Source of the DNA: Phoronis australis
Lineage: Eukaryota; Animalia; Phoronida
Direction: 5' to 3'
NCBI GenBank assembly: GCA_002633005.1
Contig: NMRA01000253.1
Location: forward strand, 532,710-596,709
Length of the DNA: 64,000 nt
Positions 1 to 12,008 of the stretch are shown piece after piece (positions within the stretch are counted from its first letter, which is position 1; each line of letters starts with the position of its first letter). A program made the position numbers and the translations under genes. The notes under the pieces are model-generated. The model saw only the letters and a program-made list of their open reading frames with translations. It had not been told where the DNA came from and did not search any database.

Positions 1-179
1 ATAGTAATTAGAACAATAAAAACATGTAGTAACTACTGCTATGGCTACTATTTAAATGGCAGAGGAAACTGAGACTGTTGGGCTCTGGAAATGAAAAAAT
101 ATTATACCCCTATGGATATGGAATTTTGTGGTATTCAAAAGGCGCTTCGATTTTTAAAAGAATTTCGACAGAGTTGTAT

Positions 180-560
180 AGATAGAGAAAATCAAATGTA
201 GCAAGAAGCTGTAAATTAGATACGTAGCAATTTTTCAAATTACATCTTGAAAAGGAAAATATTAGACATAGAGAAACCGTATATGAGGTCTCCCAACTGG
301 CACATATTTGATGCACAAATCATTCACTGATGATAGAATGATAGAGCTGGGACAACATTTTGGAATGCTGAGAGGATTTAAACTTCGTTCAATTTGTGAC
401 ATTCGAAAAATTGAAAACAAGTACCTAGAATTAGTTTTAAGATTCCAGTTGTCTCTTGAGAACTGTCCATATATTTTTTAAACGTTATGCAATCAAATGA
501 AGAGATATAAGTGTATAAGAAATTTTGTGAAGTTCATGTTTTTGCTAATAAGTGTAAATC
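180..560 (+). pseudogene. Decayed 3' end of a non-LTR retrotransposon ORF2 (L2/CR1-group-like)
   Basis: Broken frames read F.CTNHSLMIE..ELGQHFGMLRGFKLRSICDIRKIENKY, resembling the FR.S.H.L.IE.GR...R.C..C...EDE.H C-terminus of L2-group ORF2; many stops and frameshifts. Confidence 0.4.
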
Positions 561-639
561 GTCTGTACTAAACCTTGACTGAATGTGAACGTAATAATAA
601 TGATGATGAGCTCCACCAAGCCATTGTTTCTGGAACCAT

Positions 640-2370
640 TCTGCTTTTGGAACAAATCCGCAACAGTCACATTGGTCAACTAATTATCGTGAGGATTGTC
701 ACGTTGATGTTTTCAAGTGGTATTCAGAATGGGATGCATTTTAACTTTATTGGGCTAAACAAAAACCCCGCAGAACCATTATGTATGGAAAATCGTTCCG
801 CATGCGAAACGGTTCCGCAACTGTCACATTTATTAAATAATTATTAGGCTAGAAATTCTGATACATTTATGTTTATGTTTATGCTTCTTGCACGTTAAGG
901 ATTGTCACATTGATACTTTCAAGTGGCATTGATAATGAAATGCATTTTAAGTTGATTGGACAAAAATACCCTGCAAAACCATTCTGTTCTGGAAATCGCT
1001 CCGCATGCGGAATAGTTTTGCATGCGGAACGGATCCGCATGCGGAACGGTTCCGCAACTTCCACATTTATTGAATAATTAATGTTAGGGTAGAAATTCCG
1101 ATACATTCATGTTTATGCTTGTTGCACATTAAAATTTGAATAGTTCCTGGCCTGTGTTAAATTCTACCATAAGCGGTTAAATGGCATAGACAAAATGTAA
1201 ATTTTTCCCGAATCTGCTTGAGGTAGGTTTCTGCATCATAAATCATTCAGCAAGTTCTCCACTGATTAATCATTGTTCGTGCTGATACAATGATATTTTC
1301 ATGTGTTATTGACAATAGAATATATTTCAACTTAAATATGCAATAATTTTTTTTAAACAATTGGGATCTACTCAAAACTATTGTTTGAAGAACGCATGCG
1401 GAACGGTTCCGCAACTGGCACATTGATCAACTAATTATTTTTAGGATAGTCACATTGATACTTTCATGTGGCATGGGAATGGGATGCATTTTAAGTTGAT
1501 TGGGCAAAGCAAATAGCCCTCAAAACCATTCTGTTTGGGAAATCGCTCCCCATGCGGAACGGTTCCGCATGCGGAACGGTTCCGCGTTTGTCACTTTTAT
1601 TAACTAATTATTGTTAGGGTAGAAATTCTCATACTTTTATGTTTAATGCTTGTTACACGTTAAGATTTGAATATTTCGTAGCTTATGTTAAGGTTCTACC
1701 AAAAGCGGTAAAATGGCATAGACAAGATGTCAATTTTTCCCCGAGTCTGATTCAGGTAAGTTTCTGCATCACAAATAATTCAGCAAATTCCCCACTGATT
1801 AATCATTGTTCATGTTGACACATTGAAATTTTCATGTGTTATTGAGAACAGGATATATTTCAACTTCAATGTGCAAGAAATTTTTTTTAAAAATTGTGAG
1901 CTCCACAAAGTATAGTTTGCGGAACGGTTCCGCATGTGGAACGGTTCCACAAATGTCAGAATTGATAATTTCAAGTGGCATGGGAATGGAATGCATTTTA
2001 AGTTGATTGGGCAAAAGAAACATCCCTAAAAACCATTGTGTTTGGGAAATCGCTCCCCATGCGGAACGGTTCCGCAACTGTCACTTTTATTAACTAATTA
2101 TTGTAAGGGTAGAAATTCTCATACTTTTATGTTTAATGCTTGTTGCACGTTAAGATTTGAATATTTCGTGGCTTATGTTAAGGTTCTACCAAAAGAGGTA
2201 AAATGGCATAGACAAGATGTCAATTTTTCCAGAGTCTGCTTGAGGTAAATTTCTGCATCACAAATCATTCAGCAAGTTCCTCACTGATTAATCATTGTTC
2301 ATGTTGACGCATTTATGTTCTCATATGCTATTGAGAATAGAATATATTTCGACTGAAATGTGCAAGATAA
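640..2370. repeat. Degenerate tandem array of ~490-530 bp units containing GCATGCGGAACGGTTCC motifs
   Basis: Blocks such as 'ttagggtagaaattc(t/c)(c/g)atac', 'aatggcatagacaa' and 'ccactgattaatcattgttc' recur near 1085/1614/2105, 1180/1712/2202 and 1259/1792/2281; partial extra unit at 640-880. Confidence 0.85.
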
Positions 2371-2439
2371 TTTTTTTATTCCACAAAATATACATAATAT
2401 TTCGCAAGTCACAGTATTCCACAAAACTTGCGCAGTATT

Positions 2440-2545
2440 CTGCAAATGCGTAATATTCCGCAAAGTCTGCGTAATATTCCGCAAAATCTGCGTAATATTC
2501 CGCAAAATCTGCGGAATATTCCGCAAAATCTGCGGAATATTCCGC
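2440..2545. repeat. 21-bp minisatellite (ttccgcaaaatctgcg[t/g]aata), ~5 copies
   Basis: Directly visible; explains the spurious RNITQIL/CVIFRKI repeat ORFs. Confidence 0.9.
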
Positions 2546-3479
2546 ATGGCAAAAATTGAACTTCTAATTAAGAAAATGCTAATTGAGTAAATAAAAATGT
2601 AACATTGTAAACATATTTAGGGTAAGGTATAGATTTGTTTCATACCATTTTTATGGCCCTAAGTGGATATAAAAAAGTGCGGAACCGTTTCGCGCACTTT
2701 GAGACTAAATAACATAATCTCATTTGAGAAAAAATCGCCTTATATGTACTTTTACTACTTGACACAGCGTAGTATTTTAGGAAATAGACTTTGTATTAGC
2801 TTTCCTAATTAAGGTCCAACATAACTTTAAGACCAAGTTTTCTTTTCATCCAAATAGTACTACACGAACACTAAAATCACATTCCATCGGCTCATCGAAA
2901 AGAAAGCGATATTCTAGTGAGCAAAAAGAGACACGCGCCAGTGGATAGCCGGGAGCGAACAACTTCAGTGATCGGACGTTGGCTAATGACAATGGGTTGG
3001 AAGCATAACATACATGTAGATACGACCGGGTCGTTAAAAACAATGTCTGAGTGCTGTAGAGCTAGATTTCATTTTCACTGACAGCCGGTTACTGACGCCA
3101 CAAGCTCTACGAGGCCATGCAGTGGCCCCGGATATGCAACCCGGCGGGGGCGAAACGAAAGCCCAATTATTCGAGAAATAGCTAACGTTGGTAATGGGTC
3201 ACCTCATTTGTTAAACAAACGGTCGAGATTTAAAAAAGTGCGAAGCTTGAAGCAGTCTTCTGTCTATCCGGTGTGCCGACCACATAAATATAGATTATTA
3301 CATGGCGAAGTCGTTATCCCCCGTTATCTAGAGTCCGAGTGGATTTTGGAGAATTATCGCTCTTTCAGAGTTGCATGAATTTCCTCCAAAGTGATAAAGT
3401 TTTCAAGTTCGACTCGGCTAGACTGGTTCAATTTAGGCATTGGGCACGATGCCAAATTTTCATTTAAATTAACATCAAC

Positions 3480-6150
3480 AAAGACACAGTCTTTACAGGA
3501 GTATAAATTTTTTTAAAGAAGTGATCTCCGAGAGGATAGTGGATTGTTCCTTGATAACAGCGTTATTGAAGCTCAGTAGCTTAGTTGCAGCCTTATTCAC
3601 CAAATTTCGTTTTTCTAATGCACAAAAAAAATTTGTTGGGTTTTCGCCATTTTCAACCCAGTTGGCTCTCGATCTGACCATTACTCCATGCATGTATTAT
3701 TTGTGGTAATCCTCATATTCTCACTTCTTATTTTGCAATAGAACAGCAATTTCAGGGTCGTCATTGAACCTATCTTGTAAGGACATTAACTGCTTTTCCA
3801 AGACTTTTTCTTTTCTATTTTTTCTTTATTCTTAGAGATACAATATGGAAGTTACCGTTCGAATATTAACCAATATCTTCTCCAAAAACAATTGATCAGA
3901 TACATAAAACTGAATATCATCGGAGTCAATTTCTTGTTTTTGTTCAAATCGTATATTGCATATTGCTTTTTCGTACACAAAATCTCATTCTTGACAAGAT
4001 TAATACTCTTTGTAGTGAGTTATTAAATTTACAAAACCCCGGTTTTTTGAACGTAGTCATTGTATAGTTAAGACGACGTTGCTATGGTCCGATCAGTAGA
4101 CCGACTGTTTTTTCACCTTTTCAATACGAGAGAGTAATTGTTGGGTAACAAGAAAATAATCGAGCCTAGCTTTTTTAACTAGGTTTGTCCTGGGCCCGGT
4201 CTCCAATCTCCGTACTCAGACTCATACTCGACATTTCATACTCAAAATCGTGCTCAATGGAGTCGTACTCAAAAAATCGTATCTAATGTCGTATTTCGAG
4301 TAGACTTCAAACGTACTCAAATCTGACACTCATACTCCAGTTGCTATGGAACTCTGTATGATGTGAAATGCATAATCACGCAAAGCTGCGCTGATTCATC
4401 GCTTCCTATTGGAATAGACCACCCCAGGAATTAGGCCTACATTATCGTCTGCTGTCGCTACACCTACAATAGTATGTCTATAACGTGGAATTCTGAGTGT
4501 TCTGTAACTGTTATTCATTTTTTAGTTTCAATAAATATTCTTATGCCATTTCTTTGATACATTTGGCAATTATTAAGCTTTACTTCTTGAGTTTCTCACC
4601 CAGTCCCGAAAATGTCTTAAGAAATTTGTAACAGCTTATCACATCACATCTCTGTTGCTAATTTAGTCTTGACATAAAACCCATTGCTGTGTAGACCTAC
4701 GCTGATGTCAAACTTTGATACTGTATCTTTATATTTTACCGGGATGTATGAAGTGAGTTGACATTTGGCACGTGAGTTAAAAAACAATTTTTGCGCAGGC
4801 ATACAGAGTTCACCAGTGGCAGTGAACGGGACGAGACATCTACTTAGAAATCGGCAAACAAAATTTGGAATTCCATTTGGGGATTGAGGAATTATAGATG
4901 ACTAAGTTATGATGAGAAATGTACCTGACAGGGAAGCGAACTTTTTTTAACTTCCCTCCGCTCCTCGTCTTTTGGAAACCCTACAAAACGTAGGCACACA
5001 TACCGAAATAAGGGAAGCACAAACTTCTCACACGACTTTTCCCACAACTGCTTTCGACGCTTGTTATGACTCGTCGACAAGGGATTACAATGTGCCTGTT
5101 GCCAGGAATTGTAGAGGTAGAATGGCGGCCATAACATACAGTGATACGGCGGGTTATTAAGGTGAAGAATAAGATTTAAGATGAAAACTATTATCTCTGA
5201 ACTGAAATTGAAGTGCTGAAATACGGTAAGAGGGCTTATTTTTTTTTTTAGATTTGCTGTGTTTCTTGGTTCCCTTTCGATATTTTGTTCTGTGGCTCGT
5301 ATTTATTTTCGAGTACGATTTCAAGCACACTCCCATACCAAACTTGAAATTTGAGCATAGACTCCGATTTTTTACTCAAAATCGTACTCGAAATATAGAT
5401 GAGATACACTTCAGTTCGAGTACACTCGAAAACTGAGTACGTGCTCGAAATTTCGAGTACAGATTTTTCGAGTATGTCATTGAATACACCAAAGCTGAGT
5501 CTGTACTCGAGTTGAGTATGAAGTGTGAGTTTGAGCATGATTCGAGTCTGAGTACGGAGATTGGAGACCGGGCCCTGGACCATGAAAACGTTTTGGCTGA
5601 GGGATGACAAACATGGATCCGTAAGATCAAGAGCCACCTTCATCTCCAGCATTTGGTCACGCGCTTTAGGGTTATTTACTGAGATATAATTATGACAATG
5701 AAGATGAAAATCTTGAACCAAATTAAAATCGCTACAAACAATAACAAAATAGTTATTGTAACTGGCGATTTTCTGTGAAATGTTATTAAAAAATTGAGGG
5801 CTATCTTTTTTTGTCCATAAATATTCACCAACACAATACAGACACAGTTATTTACTTCACGCTCTAAAATTAGGAGATTTTCTGCAGTATCCGAAGCAAA
5901 AGACAGAACTTTAAATTCAAAATTACTATTAAACAAGATAGCGACACCCCTGGAATCACTTCGAGCATGGCAGAAAAAACAGTCATATCCCCACTGAGCT
6001 CGAATTATGGATTCTTCCGCAGCAGTAAATTGAGTACCTTGTAGGCAGAAAATAGTGTACGCACGCTGCCTTATAATATGACCCTGTGAGTCTTGACTGG
6101 CAATTTACCTATCGCCAGGATTTTGAGTGACAGCTTAACTGACCATTTAG
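3480..6150 (-). mobile_element. Degenerate L1/Tx1-clade LINE ORF2 (APE endonuclease and linker, truncated before RT), interrupted by a MITE
   Basis: Minus-strand fragments: IFCLQGTQFTAAEESIIRAQWGYDCFFCHARSDSRGVAILFNSN, LVNIYG, SDFNLVQD, FSWSR|TNLVKKARLDYFLV (rejoined across the 4193-5574 insertion) and GVMVRSRANWVENGENPTNFFCALEKRN, all hallmark L1/Tx1 ORF2 motifs; frameshifts and stops. Confidence 0.9.
4193..5574. mobile_element. Non-autonomous PIF/Harbinger-type DNA transposon (1382 bp MITE)
   Basis: TIR GGCCCGGTCTCCAATCTCCGTACTCAGACTC at 4193 and its reverse complement ending 5574; 3-bp TSD CTG (4190-4192, 5575-5577); removing it restores the LINE reading frame; many subterminal (A/G)TACTC motifs. 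CWG TSDs are known for some Harbingers. Confidence 0.85.
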
Positions 6151-6425
6151 AACAGATCATTCTTGACACACATTCGTTTCCAAGTCGCCACTTTACCCGA
6201 CAAACAACACGTTGCCGGGTAAAACTTATTGTTTGTTAGTCGACATTACGCAAGGGGGCGGAGCTTGCGATAGGTCAATTGTTTCTGATATGGTCGCAGA
6301 GCCAGCCCGCGAGTAATTTTATAAAAGTAGAATCTTACCTTTTATACCCAGAATATGCAGTTTTTCTAGATGTTAGAGCTATGTCAGGACGATTTCGCAA
6401 TTTCTGACCAAAGGCATCATCTTAC

Positions 6426-9400
6426 CCGTTGAATGGCTGGATGTTTACATAAGCTTTTTCTTTATATCTTTTGGTGAATTGGATGCACTTGCTATTTCCC
6501 ACTTTGGTAACGTCCATGATTTCTTGCATGGCTGCCATGATGGAGTTCTTCGTTGATTGTGCTGAAAGCAAATATGGATGGAACTACATCTCCTTGAAGA
6601 TAGCAGAACGATGTTTGAAATAAATGAAAACAATGACAACAATGCACATTGTAATGTCATGACGACAAGGCTGTTGTTAATATCATACCTTGGCTTCATT
6701 AAATCGCAGTTGCATCTTTCTCCAGACAACAACTACGTTTGTCTTATCCACGTTTCTTTCAGAAGTAAACTGTAGATTTCGGAGCAAATTCATTGATCAC
6801 TAATTTACATCTTTATGGATATGATATATCAACGGAAAAATCTTTTTTTGTGAAATCTGCTGAAGAGGAAGTGCGAGCAACAGCCAAACTCACATCTGTT
6901 TAAACGCGTTTTTTAAAATGGTGTTCCCGATGTGAGACTCGATTCAAAAGCTTTAATGAATCTTTTTCTAACGTAACTTAGGTCAAAATCGGAGTAACTA
7001 AGTTTTTAGCCTCGTTTCATGGAATTTGTTATGACCAAAATTAATGCTGAAAACGGTCGAACTGCTAAGACCGAAAGTTAGCCTGCTACATATTATGTTT
7101 AGGATTGGTTTTGGTCTAAATGACCACAATTTACAACTATCATGATCACTGTAAATTGTTGAGGAACAAATTCGTCTAACATTTTTCACAGTCTAATGTC
7201 AAATTGAAGATCGTATGCTATCGCGGATTCGAGAACCTGCAAAACACCAAACTCTATGAAGTGCGAATTACCTCACCTGTGAAATGGTATGTAAAGTATT
7301 ATTTGACCGGTTAGAGGCGATAATGAATACACCATGTTCAGGACAGTAGGTTTATATTTGAAGACTAAGTACCGAGAGAGCTACTTCCTTCACAACAATT
7401 TATAACTACTCTACGTAGTAATACGATAATACAGCATTCCCCCTCTTTAGCAAATACGGTCGTAAAGTAATGATAAATGGTGATAACTTGAGCTTGTAGT
7501 AGTTCCTAAGTAAGTAAGTATGATTATGTGAATAAATGTCTTATTAAGGTGGTGTCCTAATATTTAAAAAAAATCCTTGTAGCTAGAGGGTCTTCTTGCA
7601 GTCTTTCGCACCGATCTCCTGACGACGGACTCTGGTTTAGCTTCTACTGGTGTATTGAGAGAACCCACTAATGTGTCGGTAGATGTTGCGTGAGTAGGCG
7701 TGTTGTCGCTGAAATTAAAACTAGTGCTATTGGGGGTTTCGACAATACAACTGCCTGGGTTCGTGTCTTGGTGTAAGACGGTACCCGGGTGCCAGGTCTT
7801 GGTTTCTTTGTCGAGAATTATAACATGCGGGCAACAAAACAACCCTGGAAGCGTTTGTTGGACATGATTGTCTTTTATTTGTAGCTCGTTCATCCAATCT
7901 TCTGCGATGTGCACCCTCACCAGGTTCAGAGCGGCTCGGTAGAGTAGTGACGACTGGTCGGCCAAATAACAATTCCGATGGTGATGGAAGCTTTGAGTCA
8001 ATCGGCATGGCTCTGAGCTGAAGCAGTGCTAAGGCGATATCAGACTTTTGTCGCAAGCACTTCTTCACAACAGACATAATGTGTCTTATACGGCATTCGA
8101 TGAAGCCATGGCTGCAGGAGTAGTGAGGTGAGCTGGTGACATGCTGAATGTCCCAGGAGGTGACAAATTCCTTGAAGGCTGCACCGGTATATTGTGATCT
8201 GTTGTCTGTCATCATTTCGTCTGGTTTTCCAAGCAGAGCGCAGTAGTCTCTAATCATCTTTGTTACAGCACGACAGGTTACTGACGTTTTTATTTCGTCT
8301 TGTACAGGGTATTTCTAATACCAGTCAATGGTCAACAAGAGTTGTCTGCCATCGATCTCGAATAGGTCATACGCGATTAACTGCCATGGTCTGGAAGGTG
8401 CATCCTGGGGATTGAGGGGTTGTCGAGGGTTACCATCTTGGAACTCCTAACAAAGTGGGTACGATTTGCATAGTCACTTAATGTCCGCATTGATATTTAC
8501 TCAGCATATACTGTCTATGGCAAACCGTCGTGTCTTCAACGTCTTGGTGCCTTTGGTGGAGTTGCCGTAGGATATCCCCTCTCATCTTGTCGGTTATCAG
8601 GACTTGTCGTCCCTTGAGCAGGATTCCGGCTTCGACAGCTAACTCGTCCCTGAAGGCCCAGTAGGAACGTGCCTGTTCAGGTAAGTCCTTTATAGTCTCA
8701 GGCCATCCTTGATAGACAGTGTTTTGATCAGGTTGAGCGTGGTCTTAGGTGGTTTCCGCTCCAAGTATCTCTCTCTTTTTGTCAGAGAAGTTAATTATGG
8801 CCATTTCTTGCCTGACTTTGTCGCGCATGTGAATCCTGATCTTTCTTGGGGTGTCGACGAACGCTTCAGCATCGGGTTTGAGAACAAGCTTTGCATTGCC
8901 ACCAAAGCTACCAATCCTGTAGAACTGGACAGGGTATGAGTTCTTCAGCTGGCCTGTGGTAGTGAATCGTGTTTTCTTCACACTGTCGGTATGTATTGTG
9001 ATGAGTCTGAGTTTCTCACAGGTAGGTACACCAACAGCAGCTGGACCAGGGATATCCACAAAATAGAATATTGCAGGGACCCATGTATAACTGCCGTACT
9101 GGCAATCAGTCTTAATATGGCCAAAGCATGGGATGTTGTCACTGCTGTGCGAGGTGAGTTTTACCTGCTACGCGAGATGCAGGATTTGATTTTGAGCATA
9201 TCTGGAGACTGGCCATTCATGTGTTTGAAGGTATGAAGCGGTAATGTGTTGCCTGAACAACCGGAATCTATCTTCAATCTCAATGTGTGACAGGTTGAAG
9301 AGTGCATATGAGGTAGATTGATGTTAATGGTGGTACCTTTTTCATCTCGTGTCATACTGTCTAGGCATTTGATGCTCACAGTACGCGAACATAAGTGCTT

Positions 9401-12008
9401 TTGGTAGGTCTCGCCATCGTCGTCAACAGGATGGATGTTCTTGTGAGCCTTTTTCCGCCGGTATGTGACTTAAGTCTGCTCAGACCGGGGTTTCGATTTG
9501 TTGCGTCGCCCACGGGAAGGATGATGTCGCTATNTTATACCTAGACAGGATTGTTCATCCATGAACAACCCTGCCCATGTGGCACATACTGAGCCACAAC
9601 ACCACGTTCCTTACAATATCTCTTTTTATCACTCCGGCTGGTCTGCTCACTCAGCTTGCCCGGAACCTGCTTTGCAGGTTGTTATAGCCCAGTTGGCTGT
9701 TTGGTGTACCCACTTGGTACTTTATATGATATTTGCCCATTTGGCAGTTTGTACCCACTTCGTACTTGTTATTGAATTTGCCGCTTTGCTCGACCCAGTT
9801 GGTAGGCAATTGGCCAATACCCATTTGGTATTATGTACCCATTTGGTACTATAATAACCTGTGCCACTTAGTATCCGATACCCAATTACATTTTGGGTAT
9901 CGGAAATGTGTGTGTTATCTCTTGTAATTAAGGAACCCATCTGGTTCCTTCTGTGAAATATTTATTTGTAGAGCTGTGACAATGAAATTCCCAATACAAC
10001 TTAAAATATTTATTATTCTTGTTGTTTTATTTGTCCCCAATAGTTAATTTCCGCAGTCTTTCAAAGTTTTTCTAGTTTCACCACATCGGTCCTGGGAATC
10101 ACAGATATGATTGTGTTTTACCGTTGCCACCATGACGTATTATTTGACCGGTTAAAGGCAATAATGAAGACACCAGGTTCGGGACAGTAGGTTTATATTT
10201 GAAGACTAAGTACCGACAGAACTACTTCCTTAACAACAATATTAACTACGCTACATAGTAATACGATACTATACAACAGTATGCCCCAGCCGTATCAGGG
10301 TGTTCTTACTTAAAATGAGATCGCATATGAATTCAATAGCTGTAATAAAACTCCCATTTAACGTTTAAAGACCAAGATTATGCTTGAAATCATATTTCAC
10401 GAGAAACCGTAATTAATGTTTTGAATTCACTACAGGTGGCAAAAGCATAGTTTGTATGTTCACTTAAGTCAATAGTCGACTTAAAATTTAAGATCGAAGG
10501 TCAAAAACCAACTTTGTGTTCTTAAAACAATATTTTCTTAATATTCGACCTCAGTTTCAATAGATGTAACAATGGTACTATCCTCACGTCTAACCAAGAC
10601 ATCTAGGAAAGGTGAACACGACTCAGATTAACTGATGAAATTGATGGACGGCTGCATATTGTTCATGTGGTTGTTTGTATTCTGATGATGTCTAATGAAT
10701 AGACGAAACATCGAATTAATGTGAACTTTTTCCTTTGTGCGGCGATTGTTCTTTTTTGGTTCTATTATGGCCAGAAACGGGTGTACTTTTTCACCGCCTT
10801 GTTAGTAATGTGCCCAAGGTCCCCACCGAACCGGCTGCCCGTATCACAGTGAGATATTAAGCACGTCCTGTCTGTGTGAGAGAGACTGTAAATCTGGACA
10901 ATATAAAATGCCGTCACATGTTTCCTAGTACAAACATCTTGCGTTATACAGACGAACTTAAGCAGTTCATGAAAATACGGAAACAGTGTGTATCTACGCA
11001 TAAATAAAGACAACCTACCGAAGGTGTCGTTGATTTTGTAATACACTATTCCCTTTGGCCACAATTTTCCCCTGTTGGCCAAAGCATTTCGGTGCTGCAA
11101 GAAAAGTCAAAATTGTCTATTAATTTATATACTTGAATTTCAGTCAACAACCTGCGTGGTATGATTTCAATTTCCACAGTTAGCTTTCCTGGCGAATTTC
11201 TGCGACAGCTTTTCACATTTGTTTACAATTCTTCGATCGTTAATTCTCAATTATTCCTTCAAGCAACGAGCACCCATGAACAGTAAAGCCGTGGCCAGAG
11301 GATTAGTCCCCAAGGCTGGTCTTCGATGTTATTTATCTGGAAGAAAGCGGCTCATTTCCTAAAACCTGGGCTGATTGTCGTATACGTAACAGTCTCACTA
11401 AGGAAGCTAGTCTGACCACGTGCCTCGTTTGCAATGCATGGCGATATTTCGCTAAGTCTAGCGAGTTCTTGCTTTTCTTAAAAGAAATTGGTTTGACGCA
11501 ACGTACTCTTTGTCTGACGTCTGCAAAGCCCAATGCGATCACGTGTCTTCGCGAGATATTCCATTGTATCACAAGCGAATTACGTTGATTCAATAGCTTT
11601 TGCTCTCGAGCATCTGCTAATAGAAAGGGCCTATGGGGTGCTAACCTGTTTAGCAGATTATTTCTTCCATCTGTCCACTGCTAATTAATTTTCAGCTGCC
11701 AAGTACATTTACTGTAAGATCGAAACCAGTGGAGGAAGGAGCGTTTTCAAGAATGTCCGACGAGTGGCGATTGTGTGTGCAGTCAACTGATCAACACTTA
11801 CGGAATTTAGGCATGTATGGGTCATAAAATAAAGTAGGCATCGCTTATTTGCTAATTAGAAATGCACTCTTCCAATTTCAGTTGAACAACCACCTGTAAA
11901 TATGAAGCACTCATATTTTTCATACCTTAGGATTAAAGCGTGCCGGCATGTCGATGTCACCTTCAAACTTCCCCCCGAGCTCTTCCGGATTTACCTCGTT
12001 ACTTAAAC
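6426..12008 (-). CDS. Astacin-family (M12A) zinc metalloprotease, partial (3 exons)
   Basis: Exons 12008-11926 (LSNEVNPEELGGKFEGDIDMPARFNPK, prodomain FEGDI motif), 11094-11019 (HRNALANRGKLWPKGIVYYKINDTF) and 6561-6426 (QSTKNSIMAAMQEIMDVTKVGNSKCIQFTKRYKEKAYVNIQPFNG); canonical GT-AG and matching phases. HExxH exon and signal-peptide exon not confidently found in the window. Confidence 0.85.
7290..7436 (-). repeat. 3' LTR
   Basis: Matches 10133-10278 with scattered substitutions; adjacent PPT. Confidence 0.9.
10133..10278 (-). repeat. 5' LTR
   Basis: Matches 7290-7436; followed on minus strand by PBS complementary to a tRNA-Leu-like 3' end. Confidence 0.9.

Larger units (their letters stand above)
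7290..10278 (-). mobile_element. Ty3/Gypsy LTR retrotransposon, internally deleted and degenerate, in astacin intron
   Basis: Direct repeats of ~146 bp with TG...CA ends (7290-7436, 10133-10278); minus-strand PBS TGGTGGCAACGG (10121-10132), PPT AAAGAGGGGGAA (7437-7448); protease LKIDSGCSGNTLP (~9250-9280); integrase remnants (GWP...YWAFRDEL, TDNRSQY, SSPHY, SPSELLFGR) 7560-8720; GTAT(G) duplicated at flanks. Confidence 0.92.

Noticed and set aside
2299-2590. Repetitive ORFs (RNITQIL / CVIFRKI)
   Set aside because: Translation of a 21-bp minisatellite.
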